From: a virus
Length of the DNA stretch: 64,000 nucleotides
Direction: 5' to 3' (one strand)
IMG/VR virus record: IMGVR_UViG_3300033417_000002
Coordinates: 1 to 64,000 of that record
Position 1 is the first letter of the stretch; the number at the start of each line of letters is the position of its first letter. Shown in pieces: positions 16,734 through 25,523 of the stretch. A program made the position numbers and the translations under genes. The notes under the pieces were generated by a model. The model was not told where the DNA came from and searched no databases. It was given only the letters and a program-made list of their open reading frames with translations.

Positions 16734-19550
16734 TCACCTCGACGCCATCTCTAGGTACTGGAATTCAAGCGCCAGGCCGCCCGGCTGCGTCGTGCTCTGG
16801 GTGGTCAAGTTAAACTGCCGGTTATCCTGGTTGACCTGGCTCATGTTGTTTCCCACCTGCCCCGGAGCCAGCGGCGAAACGCTGGCCATTAGCCCGGCCA
16901 TCGGCGGCATATCCAGGCCTACCTTCAATTTAGGCAGTTCCACACTGCTCAGGTGGCGCATCGCGTCGCTAATGTAGTTGAGCGAGTGATAAAGGGGGGG
17001 CGGACTATGTCCCTCCATCCAATCCGGCAGCTTGACGTTTCCGAGCGCTTCGGTCATTTTTAAGATGAATTCCCTGACACTGTCGAAGGCGGCCCGGATC
17101 TTGTCCAGGCTGTATTTCAGTCGGGCCAGTTTGTTATCGGCAAAGTCCTGAATAATCGGTCCGACCTTGTCTTTGATAAGTTCCCACACCTCCCGGATCA
17201 CCGGCAGTATTTTCTCGCTGAAGAACTTCCAGTTCTCTTCCAGCGCCGGTTTGAGCACGTTCTTCCAGATGCCGGCCAGTGCCCGCAGCGCCACGCTAAA
17301 TACGGTATCTATGAACTCATCCACCGCTTTCAGCAGCGGGAACAGGCTCTCGCTGATAAACGACCACACGATTTCCAGCGCTGGCTGCAAGGTGTTGTTC
17401 CAGATGTCGCTGAGGAGTTGGGTATCTTCGGCCAGGTCAACGGCCAGCCACTCGCCCACGGCCGCAAAAATGGGCAGGATGTTGTCATTGATAAACGCCC
17501 ACACCGCGAACAGCGCCGGCTGCAGCGTGCCCAGCCAGAAGCCAACATAGGTCTCAATAGCCAGTGGGATGTGCTCAATGAGCCAGGCCACCAGCGTGCC
17601 CAAAATGGGAATCAGCGTTTCCGACAGGAACGTGCCCGCCCAGGCCAGCGCCGGCGCTAAATAGTTATTCCAAACCTCAGACAGGTATTGAATCGCCGGT
17701 GGAATCACTTCTTGCAGCCACGACCACAGCCCGGCCAGCGCCGGCTGCAGCTTCTCCTCCCACTGCGTGGCCATCGATCCCATAATCGGCATCAGATAAT
17801 TGTTCCAGTAATCGGTCGCCACCTGAATCGCCAGCGGCAGCAGCAGTTGGAACCACTCGCTCAGTTGGACCAGGACGGGCAGCACGTTCTCCTGGATGAA
17901 GGCGCTGGCATTCTCAAATGCCGGCAGCAGCGTGCCTTCCCAAAAGCCGACGGCCGTTTCAATCCCCACCGGCATGTCATTAATGAAAAAGTTGACGACA
18001 CGCTCAAAAATCGGCGGCAGGGTCTCGCTCAAAAACTCGCCAATGCGGGCGAAGACGGCCTCGATTTGTGGCCCGTGTTCTTCGATGAAACCGGCGAAGC
18101 CCTGCACCAACTCGGTCAGCACCGGCAGGAACTTCTCGCCAATGCCAATCTTCAGCGACTCCATCGCCCCTTCCATGGCCTCCACCTGGCCGTGATAGGT
18201 GGCCGTGCGCGCCGCAGCCTGTTCCTGGATGGTGGCCGCGTTGCCGATGGCCTCGCTCATTTCGTCCCAGCCCGCGATACCTTCGCCCAATAGGGCGTTC
18301 ATGGCATTTTGGCCGTAGCTGCCGGCGATGGTCTGGATGTACTCCAGACGCTGCTGTTCGGTGAGCTGGCGAACGGCCGTCGTCGCCTCACCGGTAATGC
18401 CGCTCAACCGTTCAATCTCAGCATTGGCCGCGGCTTGCTGGTCAACATATTTACTGAGCTGCTGGTCGGTCAAGACCTTCATTCCGGTGTTGTGTTTATA
18501 GATGGCGTCGGTCGCCTGCTTGTAGGCGCGTTCGGCCAGCTTCATCTGCTCGTTTTGCTCGGCGGTACGGCCGCCAACCATGACCGTAACCTCGCTGGCC
18601 CCCATCAACGCCCCTTCCAGGTCGCCGATGATTTGCGGCAGGTCGCGCATCGTACCGTCGGCATTGAAGAGGCTGACGTCTAATTCGTCCAGCGCGCCGC
18701 GTACCTGATCGGTCGGCCGCATAAGGTTGGTCATCATGGATTTCAGCGCCGTGCCGGCTTCCGCTCCCCTGATCCCCCGCGTGCTCAAAATCGCCAGGGC
18801 TGCGTTGGTCTCCTCAATACTGAACCCAAATGCCGAGGCCGTCGGCCCCACGTTGGTCAGCGCCGCTGCCAACTCGCTTACGTCAGCCACCGAAGCATCG
18901 GCAGCCTGCACGAAATTATTAAGCGCGTCGTTGACAAACTTGGCCTGGTCCTCGGTGGTTTCCATCCCGCCGCCAAACGTAGACAAGGCAACCGCCGCCA
19001 AATCCGACGCCTGCACCATGTCCAACTCGCTGGCCGCAGCTAAATCAATAGAGGCTCGCAGCGCCCCGCCCAATTCGGCCGTGCCGGCCATGTAGCCCTG
19101 CAGGTCGCCAAACACGACGGCCGAATCGAGGCCGGCCTTGAACAACCCGGTCATGGCGTCGGCCGCGCCCGTTGCCGACACGCCAATCAGCGAGGTATCA
19201 CCGCCAACTCTCAGGGCAGCGTCGTGAAGCTCGTCGAAGGAAAGGCCGCTGTCGCGGGCGGCGATGCCCAAAATAGAAACCTGGTCCTGGAAGTCGGCGG
19301 CCAGGTTGATGCTGTCGACCGTAGCGCCGACGATAGCCTCGCCCATCCGGTAGAGACCATCAATGACGATCTCGATACCTTTGGCGGCCAGGTTACCGAG
19401 GGCAACCGTTGCCGCACTGACGGCCTTCGTTTGGCCGCCCCAGCGCTGCTCCACGCCGCCGATCCGCTGGTCCATGTCGCCCATTCGCGACATAAACTGG
19501 CGGAATCCTTCGACGGTAACTTCGAGTCCCAGTTTCTCTTGTTCGGCCAC
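16734..19550 (-). CDS. tail tape measure protein
   Basis: 938 aa, helical and Ala/Leu-rich; N-terminal core-like region (AMTGLFKAGL, MRDLPQIIGDL); W/F-rich periodic C-terminal half; position after the chaperones. Confidence 0.85.
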   Translation of the reverse strand: MAEQEKLGLEVTVEGFRQFMSRMGDMDQRIGGVEQRWGGQTKAVSAATVALGNLAAKGIEIVIDGLYRMGEAIVGATVDSINLAADFQDQVSILGIAARDSGLSFDELHDAALRVGGDTSLIGVSATGAADAMTGLFKAGLDSAVVFGDLQGYMAGTAELGGALRASIDLAAASELDMVQASDLAAVALSTFGGGMETTEDQAKFVNDALNNFVQAADASVADVSELAAALTNVGPTASAFGFSIEETNAALAILSTRGIRGAEAGTALKSMMTNLMRPTDQVRGALDELDVSLFNADGTMRDLPQIIGDLEGALMGASEVTVMVGGRTAEQNEQMKLAERAYKQATDAIYKHNTGMKVLTDQQLSKYVDQQAAANAEIERLSGITGEATTAVRQLTEQQRLEYIQTIAGSYGQNAMNALLGEGIAGWDEMSEAIGNAATIQEQAAARTATYHGQVEAMEGAMESLKIGIGEKFLPVLTELVQGFAGFIEEHGPQIEAVFARIGEFLSETLPPIFERVVNFFINDMPVGIETAVGFWEGTLLPAFENASAFIQENVLPVLVQLSEWFQLLLPLAIQVATDYWNNYLMPIMGSMATQWEEKLQPALAGLWSWLQEVIPPAIQYLSEVWNNYLAPALAWAGTFLSETLIPILGTLVAWLIEHIPLAIETYVGFWLGTLQPALFAVWAFINDNILPIFAAVGEWLAVDLAEDTQLLSDIWNNTLQPALEIVWSFISESLFPLLKAVDEFIDTVFSVALRALAGIWKNVLKPALEENWKFFSEKILPVIREVWELIKDKVGPIIQDFADNKLARLKYSLDKIRAAFDSVREFILKMTEALGNVKLPDWMEGHSPPPLYHSLNYISDAMRHLSSVELPKLKVGLDMPPMAGLMASVSPLAPGQVGNNMSQVNQDNRQFNLTTQSTTQPGGLALEFQYLEMASR

Positions 19551-19558
19551 AGGAACCC

Positions 19559-20062
19559 CTACTCAGGCATGTCCTGAGACGCGTTAAAGGAAACGGCCGT
19601 ATCTGCGACCGCTCCGTTTTTCATGGAATCTAATTGAGCTTCCAGCTCCCGGATGCGCTGTTCTTTCTCATCGACGGCCGTTTCCTCTTGGAACGACAGC
19701 GCCATGACCGCGCCGATGAGTTCGCCCATTTCGCCCTGGCCGCTAACCAGTACGTAGCGGATCCAATTGGCCCGCCGCACGTGCGGCCCATCGCTGCCGC
19801 CGCTGAGCACGCCTAACAATTCTTCGTCGGAGTCGGCCGGCGGCTCGTTGGCCACCCCCCAACCGGCGCAGTAGGTAAACAGCTTTTCCGTTGCCGCCAA
19901 CGCCTTCATCTGCTGGCCGCCGGTCAAATGGCGCAGCAGGGCCGGGTTATTCATCAGCGCCCCTACGTCGCCAAACTCGGCCAGGATATTTTGCAGCACC
20001 ATTCGCTTGACTGGTTGGAGGTGCAGCGTGACGCCGCATTGTAGTGTGAGTGTGTTAGCCAT
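19559..20062 (-). CDS. tail assembly chaperone-like protein
   Basis: ORF 19559..20134 trimmed to ATG 20062 (GGAGG RBS); acidic; immediately upstream of the tape measure gene. Confidence 0.5.
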   Translation of the reverse strand: MANTLTLQCGVTLHLQPVKRMVLQNILAEFGDVGALMNNPALLRHLTGGQQMKALAATEKLFTYCAGWGVANEPPADSDEELLGVLSGGSDGPHVRRANWIRYVLVSGQGEMGELIGAVMALSFQEETAVDEKEQRIRELEAQLDSMKNGAVADTAVSFNASQDMPE

Positions 20063-20163
20063 ATCGTCGGCAACCTCCGGTTGCGTGTCTCGTAGTCGGC
20101 CGCTCCCGGCTGCACGAGTCGGGTAGTTTCCCATTCCGGACTGCTCGATTATCCGACTACAGA

Positions 20164-20814
20164 CTATTTCAATTTGCTGGCCAGCCAGCCCAGGCGCTGC
20201 TCGATCAGATAAAAGGCAACGCAGGCGCTCTGCTCCGGCCCGGCCAAATCACAAAACCCATTCCACGTATAACCGCAAAAGCGGGCTGCCACCCGGTCGC
20301 GGTAACTCTGAGCGTACTCCGCCGGCAGTTCCGGCAGTTTGCTCGCCAGCACCGGTTTGTCCATCCATGTCGCCGCATAACCGGCCGCCGCTTCGTCAAT
20401 GCCCCGCTGCGTGACGGTGGACCGATAGAAGACCTCAGCCACAACGGCCGTTACGTCCCCGTCTTCCACCAGCACGCCGTAGCGCAGTGTGTCGGCGGGA
20501 CTGCTGCCGGCGATACCGGCGGCTTGCATCTCGACCAGGTCGGCGTCCGGTTCGCGGCCCGGCAAAATAGTCAATGCCGGTGTAATTAAATCGAATTGTT
20601 CACGTCCGATTTGCAGGTAATACGCCTGCATCTCCATCCGGTACTCCGGATCATCCCAGACCGGGACATGTTCCTCGACGTCACCCCAGGCCATCACCGT
20701 TTTGGTTGGCGGCTCCGGCTGGGGGTGGTCGGCCAGAAACTGGTCAATCGACTGGCGGGGGATACGGCCGATTGCCAGTCGTATCCCCGCCTGCGTCGTA
20801 TACGTATAAATCAC
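20164..20814 (-). CDS. tail assembly chaperone-like protein
   Basis: 216 aa between the tail tube gene and the second chaperone-like gene; function by position. Confidence 0.45.
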   Translation of the reverse strand: MIYTYTTQAGIRLAIGRIPRQSIDQFLADHPQPEPPTKTVMAWGDVEEHVPVWDDPEYRMEMQAYYLQIGREQFDLITPALTILPGREPDADLVEMQAAGIAGSSPADTLRYGVLVEDGDVTAVVAEVFYRSTVTQRGIDEAAAGYAATWMDKPVLASKLPELPAEYAQSYRDRVAARFCGYTWNGFCDLAGPEQSACVAFYLIEQRLGWLASKLK

Positions 20815-20815
20815 G

Positions 20816-22255
20816 TTAGTTAATCAGCGCCGTAATCGGGTTGGTGGTTGCCCCACCAACGGCCACGGCCCGGTTAGCGTCCACAGCAACCATTGCCACC
20901 AGTGGTTGAGCGGGGTTGGCTGTAATCAGGCGTACCCAATAACCGTCGGCCCCGCCTTCGACGTTTTGCCAGACGCGGGTGTCGGTGGTATCGGTGGCCA
21001 CCAGGTAGTAAACGTCGCCTGGCGCGGCCACGATGTCGGCCGCCGTCGGTGCGGCCATCATGTCATCCAGCGCCGACTGCTGCGTCCAGGTCTCGCCGCC
21101 GTCGCCCGTTTCCCACAACTCGCCGTCGTTGTTGAGGATGAGTAAATGGTCTTCATCTTCAACCCACAGACCGATGAGGTCGTCGCCGGCGCTGGGGCCG
21201 GTCACGGCCGCCCACGTCGAACCGCCGTTTTCAGATTTCAACAGCGCGTTGGACGCGCCAATTGTCCAGATGACCTGGTAGTTATTGCGGTTGATCATGA
21301 TGCGCGACAGATTCTGTATCGTCGTTGAGGCCGATCCAATCAACAGCGTTTCCCACGTCCGGCCGCCGTCATAGCTGGCCCAGATGTAGCCGTCTTCACC
21401 GCACACAACGATGAATGTCTGGTCTACGCCGTCAATCTGTATCGGCTCGTGAGAAGCCCAGTCGGTGTAAGTCACTTCCACCCGGCTCGTGCCCCGGTCG
21501 TCGCTGCGTAAAATAGCGCCTTCGCCGCCGGAGACAATCAGGACAAAGTCACCCAGACCCAACACGGCCGTAGCTGCCGCCGTTGTCCATTCAGTCAGTT
21601 CAACGGCCGTCCACTGGTCGTTGTCGCCGCTGTGCTTGTTGACATAGAGGTAAGGCGAGCCGACCGCGACCAGCGTACCGACGGCATAGAGCAGCGCACC
21701 CTCTTCCGGGTTGTCGCCTTCGCCGCGGGCTACCGCCACGTCCACCAGTGACAGCGCCTCGCCGACCTGCGTGCCGGATTCCAGAGTAACCCGGTAGATG
21801 TCGATTTCATCCAGGCCCACAAAGGGCAGTGTGACCATGCCCTCCTCTTCGCCTTCCCAGGAGGATGCGGGGGTTGTTCGGCCGCTGGCCTTGCACCAGG
21901 TTTTGCGCACGATTTCCTTCCATGCGTCTGGGGCATCGCGGTCGCGCCCCTCGATATGCAGCCGTTTGTCAATGTGGTAGAAATACCGCTTCAATTCGGT
22001 CTTCTTACGGCTGGCCTGGATGTCCTTCATCACCAGGTCAAACGACACTGTGCCCGGCGCTTCTTTTAAGATCGTGTCTCGCTCAATGCCGCCGCGCGGA
22101 TTTTGCCGGGTGGTGACGCTGGCCCCACCCAGCTCGTCGCTGCTTTCGCCAACGCGCATCTGCCGGCCGCCCCACTCGAAGCGGCCAAAAGTGCCGGCCT
22201 TTTTGAGGTAAACGGTGCCGGCCTGCGTGATCCAAACGTTAGATTCCAGTCCCAT
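20816..22255 (-). CDS. major tail (tube) protein fused to a BNR/Asp-box beta-propeller
   Basis: 479 aa; N-terminal about 170 aa at the tube-protein position; C-terminal about 300 aa with four Asp-box motifs (SDDRGTS, SYDGGRTW, SENGGSTW, TGDGGETW). Confidence 0.6.
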   Translation of the reverse strand: MGLESNVWITQAGTVYLKKAGTFGRFEWGGRQMRVGESSDELGGASVTTRQNPRGGIERDTILKEAPGTVSFDLVMKDIQASRKKTELKRYFYHIDKRLHIEGRDRDAPDAWKEIVRKTWCKASGRTTPASSWEGEEEGMVTLPFVGLDEIDIYRVTLESGTQVGEALSLVDVAVARGEGDNPEEGALLYAVGTLVAVGSPYLYVNKHSGDNDQWTAVELTEWTTAAATAVLGLGDFVLIVSGGEGAILRSDDRGTSRVEVTYTDWASHEPIQIDGVDQTFIVVCGEDGYIWASYDGGRTWETLLIGSASTTIQNLSRIMINRNNYQVIWTIGASNALLKSENGGSTWAAVTGPSAGDDLIGLWVEDEDHLLILNNDGELWETGDGGETWTQQSALDDMMAAPTAADIVAAPGDVYYLVATDTTDTRVWQNVEGGADGYWVRLITANPAQPLVAMVAVDANRAVAVGGATTNPITALIN

Positions 22256-22527
22256 TACTCGCCTCCTGGCGCGTCCGGCTCAGCCGGCTCATCGGCCGTC
22301 GGTTCCTGAGCCGTCGGTTCCTGAGCCTGTCGAAGGACGTCGCCTTTGGTGATACGGCCGTCCACCCCGCTTCCGGAGATGTCGGCCAGATTGATGTTGT
22401 GTTGTTCGGCCAGCTTGCGGGCGCTGTCGGTGGCGTCCGGTTCGGCGGCCGTTGATTCCTGAGCCTGTCGAAGCTCAGCGGCCGGAACAGCTTTTTTGGC
22501 CCGATAGCCGATTGGTCTGTATGCCAT
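22255..22527 (-). CDS. small protein with E3-binding (PSBD)-like domain
   Basis: 90 aa; ARKLAEQHNINLADISGSGVDGRITKGDVLRQ matches the peripheral-subunit-binding motif of 2-oxoacid dehydrogenase E2. Confidence 0.55.
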   Translation of the reverse strand: MAYRPIGYRAKKAVPAAELRQAQESTAAEPDATDSARKLAEQHNINLADISGSGVDGRITKGDVLRQAQEPTAQEPTADEPAEPDAPGGE

Positions 22528-22531
22528 AGTT

Positions 22532-23038
22532 CTATCCTCTCAGTCCGCGACGGAAGGCATTCTCAACGTTGCGGCGGAATTTATTTTTGTAATCCTTGGC
22601 GATTACCTTTTCAAACTCTCGCGCTTCCGTTCCGGGATGTTGCACCGCTTTAGCAGCCACTGTCGGCCCTGGAGCGATGCCTGGCCCGCCGTAGAAGCCG
22701 CCCGGCCTCGTTTTTGGCTGGTAAGGCCCTGCTGGAAAGAACAAGCGGTTATGAGCATTCTTTGGCCTTATCGTGTGCGGCTTCGTGCCGCCGCTTACAA
22801 AAAACCATATCTTCTTATTCGGGCCAGCCGGATAAACATAGATCTTTACACCGTTCGCGCTGATTGATTTTCTAGCCTTGAATTCCGGCTTGTTTTTCCA
22901 GTCGCTCACGACGCGCTCGAACTGTTTGATCAGATCCGGCTTTACCTCGCGGTCCAGGACTCGCTCAATCTCCGCCTTAACCTTCGGTGAATTAACAAAT
23001 TTGCGACGGGAGCGCACGGCGCGGAAGAGGACCTTCAT
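22532..23038 (-). CDS. head-tail joining / tail completion protein (by position)
   Basis: 168-aa basic ORF between the connector and tail tube genes. Confidence 0.45.
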   Translation of the reverse strand: MKVLFRAVRSRRKFVNSPKVKAEIERVLDREVKPDLIKQFERVVSDWKNKPEFKARKSISANGVKIYVYPAGPNKKIWFFVSGGTKPHTIRPKNAHNRLFFPAGPYQPKTRPGGFYGGPGIAPGPTVAAKAVQHPGTEAREFEKVIAKDYKNKFRRNVENAFRRGLRG

Positions 23039-23484
23039 TAACTGCCCGTCCTTTGTCGCACGTTGTCAATGATGCGGGCGGCGTTGCGGTCAGTGATGGC
23101 GATCTCGGCTACGCCAAAGGCGGGCAGCGCTTTGGCCGTCTCGCCCTGGCACAGTTCAATCTCGTTCTTCCGAATGAGTTCCAACTGCTCGCGCAGGTAG
23201 TCGTTGAACATCGCCCGCTGCTCTTGGCTCAGCCGCACGGCCGGAATGTTGAACATCACGGCCGCGGCGACCATGTTCAGTTCTTTGAGGTAATCGGTGG
23301 CCCAACTAGCCAGCGTGCAGTCGCACTGGCCGCTGGCTTGCAGGGCGGCGTGAATCCGGCCGGCCGATTTGGCCAACAGTGAGTCCAGGTCGGACTCGAT
23401 GTCGGCGTTGTTGGGCAGGTCGAAGCTGTACCACCATTGGGTCACAAAATCCTCGGCCGTTGCGTAGGCGCCGCTGCAGCTCAT
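23038..23484 (-). CDS. head-tail connector/adaptor protein (by position)
   Basis: ORF 23038..23508 trimmed to the ATG at 23484, which overlaps the upstream small-ORF stop (ATGA). Confidence 0.45.
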   Translation of the reverse strand: MSCSGAYATAEDFVTQWWYSFDLPNNADIESDLDSLLAKSAGRIHAALQASGQCDCTLASWATDYLKELNMVAAAVMFNIPAVRLSQEQRAMFNDYLREQLELIRKNEIELCQGETAKALPAFGVAEIAITDRNAARIIDNVRQRTGS

Positions 23485-23636
23485 GCCTGCCTCGCTTGCG
23501 TCTGGCAACGTTCCTGAAATCGCTTAAAGCGCATGAGTTCCAGTTTGTGGCCAGATTCGCCGGCGGGCCTATGCAGAACCAGCACAAACCCTATCGCGCC
23601 TAGAATCTGATTGATTCGCTTCAAAGAAACTATCAT
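23481..23636 (-). CDS. small hypothetical protein (51 aa)
   Basis: Hand-translated MIVSLKRINQILGAIGFVLVLHRPAGESGHKLELMRFKRFQERCQTQARQA; ATGA overlaps at both ends link it to its neighbours. Confidence 0.35.
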   Translation of the reverse strand: MIVSLKRINQILGAIGFVLVLHRPAGESGHKLELMRFKRFQERCQTQARQA

Positions 23637-24202
23637 GCCGTCAACAATTCCTTCGCCCGCGCTCGAATCGCCGCCCGCTCTGCTTCGTCCGTCGCCTGGT
23701 CACCCAGGGCAATCAACTCTTGCAGAGTGGCGGCGTTTTCGACGCGCCAGGCAAACAGGGGTGGGTCTGCAACGGCCGTCTCCGGTTCGTCTACCAGGGC
23801 GGTTAGCGCAGAGAACTCCGTCTTCGCTTCCGCTGTTTGTACGCGAAGACTTTCTTCACCAAAGGTGAGGGTAACGGCCGTTTCTGACTCGCTTCCGGTC
23901 GCAACGGCCGTCTCCACCGTATCAGTGCACAGCTCCTCAGAAACGACCGTCGCCGGTTCGCTGGCAGGCTCTGCGGCAACGACGGCTGTCTCCGGACCCT
24001 CCGGCGGCGATTCAACGGCCGCTTCTGTATCAAATTCCTCAGAAACGGCCGTGCCTTTCGCAGCTTCAGCCGCTGCCGCCAGATGAGCCTCAACGTCGCC
24101 CTTCGTGATACGGCCGTCAGCGCCGGTCCCGGTCACGCCGACCAGGTCAATGCCGTGCTCGGCCGCTAGTTTGGCGGCCGCGTCGGTGGCATTGGCAGCC
24201 AT
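23633..24202 (-). CDS. acidic protein with N-terminal E3-binding (PSBD)-like domain
   Basis: 189 aa; AAKLAAEHGIDLVGVTGTGADGRITKGDVEAHL, then an acidic Glu/Thr/Ala-rich region. Confidence 0.55.
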   Translation of the reverse strand: MAANATDAAAKLAAEHGIDLVGVTGTGADGRITKGDVEAHLAAAAEAAKGTAVSEEFDTEAAVESPPEGPETAVVAAEPASEPATVVSEELCTDTVETAVATGSESETAVTLTFGEESLRVQTAEAKTEFSALTALVDEPETAVADPPLFAWRVENAATLQELIALGDQATDEAERAAIRARAKELLTA

Positions 24203-25194
24203 TACGTGATCATCTCCACAGCCACGCCGCTCAGGTCAGCGCCGGTTACGGCATTCATGTTGCCGTAGATGAGGCCGGTGTCGCCATCATCCCATTTCGG
24301 CGCGCCGATCAGCATGCAGTCTTTCAACAGGATGCGCTTGTTGGCTGCGTCAAAGCCGCCGGCGACGGCCATAGCAGCCGTCATCGCCTGGCTGGCCAGA
24401 TTGATAAACAGGCAGCCGTCAAATATCTGGTAGCGGTCTAGGCCGCTGTTGCCCAGCAGTTCGACGAAGATGGCCCCGGCCGCCCCGGCCTGCATCGTGA
24501 AATGGCAGCGCCGGAAAACGTTGCGGGCTGCGCCGCCTGTGGCCGCAAAGACCAGTCCTGCCATGCCGGCCGCGGCGTTGGCGGTATCAACGCCGATGGT
24601 GCAGTCTTCAAATAGATTCTCTGATCCGCCGTTGATGAGCAGGCTGGCCCCGCCGTTGATGGCCTGGGTCGCGTGGCCGCCGCCGGCGAAGTGGACGTTT
24701 TTGAAGTGATTGCGGCTGCCGGTAACACTGGTGTTCACCAGCGAGGTGGCGTCGTCTACACCCTGGAAAATATAGATATTTTCAAAGATGCACCCGCTGG
24801 CCGAAACGGTCAACAGCGGTGACGCGCCGGTCAGGGTGGAAAGCTGGAAAATACGCGCTCGCTGGCCAACCATTGTCGGCGCGACAATACCGACCAGGTG
24901 AGTGTAGTTCTTGTTCCAGTCCAATGCCGCGCTCAGGGTAATGCCGCTGCTGCCGGCCACGTACATGATCGTATCGTGCTGGTTGGCGGTGCAGGCGGCG
25001 AAGGCCGCCGCCAGGGTCGCAAATGGGTAGTTAGGATCTTGGCCGTCATTGTCGTCGTCGGCGCTGGTGTGGGAGGGATTCAGGTAGAAGACTTTACCGG
25101 CCGTGTTCGTGAACTTGGGGTAAATCTTCGTCCCGGCGATTCCCAGGATGCCATTGTCACCGGCAACGTAGCCAATGGGCAATAAACCGTTCAT
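24202..25194 (-). CDS. right-handed parallel beta-helix (pectin-lyase-fold-like) protein
   Basis: 330 aa; periodic F(E/K/R/D)(N/D/R/G)(I/V/C)xF coils (FENIYIF, FKNVHFA, FEDCTIG, FRRCHFT, FDGCLFI, LKDCMLI); N-terminal DGQDPNYPFATLAAAF cap motif. Confidence 0.55.
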   Translation of the reverse strand: MNGLLPIGYVAGDNGILGIAGTKIYPKFTNTAGKVFYLNPSHTSADDDNDGQDPNYPFATLAAAFAACTANQHDTIMYVAGSSGITLSAALDWNKNYTHLVGIVAPTMVGQRARIFQLSTLTGASPLLTVSASGCIFENIYIFQGVDDATSLVNTSVTGSRNHFKNVHFAGGGHATQAINGGASLLINGGSENLFEDCTIGVDTANAAAGMAGLVFAATGGAARNVFRRCHFTMQAGAAGAIFVELLGNSGLDRYQIFDGCLFINLASQAMTAAMAVAGGFDAANKRILLKDCMLIGAPKWDDGDTGLIYGNMNAVTGADLSGVAVEMIT

Positions 25195-25195
25195 G

Positions 25196-25453
25196 TTACA
25201 CTGCCTCCCTTTCCCATCCGGGATTTGCGGCTACCACCGTAGCGGGGGTGTTGTAAGCGGCCAGGAACGCCTGCGCCCGCTCCAACATTTCGTAGGGCCA
25301 GACCTGCGGGTTTTCTTTACGCTCTTTGATGATGGCGTTGGCTTTCTCAACGCTCATGTCCGGGTAGCCGGCTTGCAGCAAACCTTCCATAGCCTTTGTC
25401 TTGGGCTTGACGGGTTTGATGTGCTCGGTATTTACGGCTGCTTTTTTCGCCAT
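25196..25453 (-). CDS. hypothetical protein (85 aa)
   Basis: ORF between the capsid and beta-helix genes. Confidence 0.5.
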   Translation of the reverse strand: MAKKAAVNTEHIKPVKPKTKAMEGLLQAGYPDMSVEKANAIIKERKENPQVWPYEMLERAQAFLAAYNTPATVVAANPGWEREAV

Positions 25454-25523
25454 GTCTTATCTCCTCGGCAACAAATTAACGCCCAGTTGGGCAAACTCTG
25501 GTTAATTCGCCGCCAGAAACGCT

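Noticed and set aside
19559-20814. Programmed -1 frameshift between the two tail-chaperone-like genes.
   Set aside because: The ORFs do not overlap (29-nt gap by the track, about 100 nt to the preferred ATG). I saw no slippery heptamer at the end of 20164..20814.
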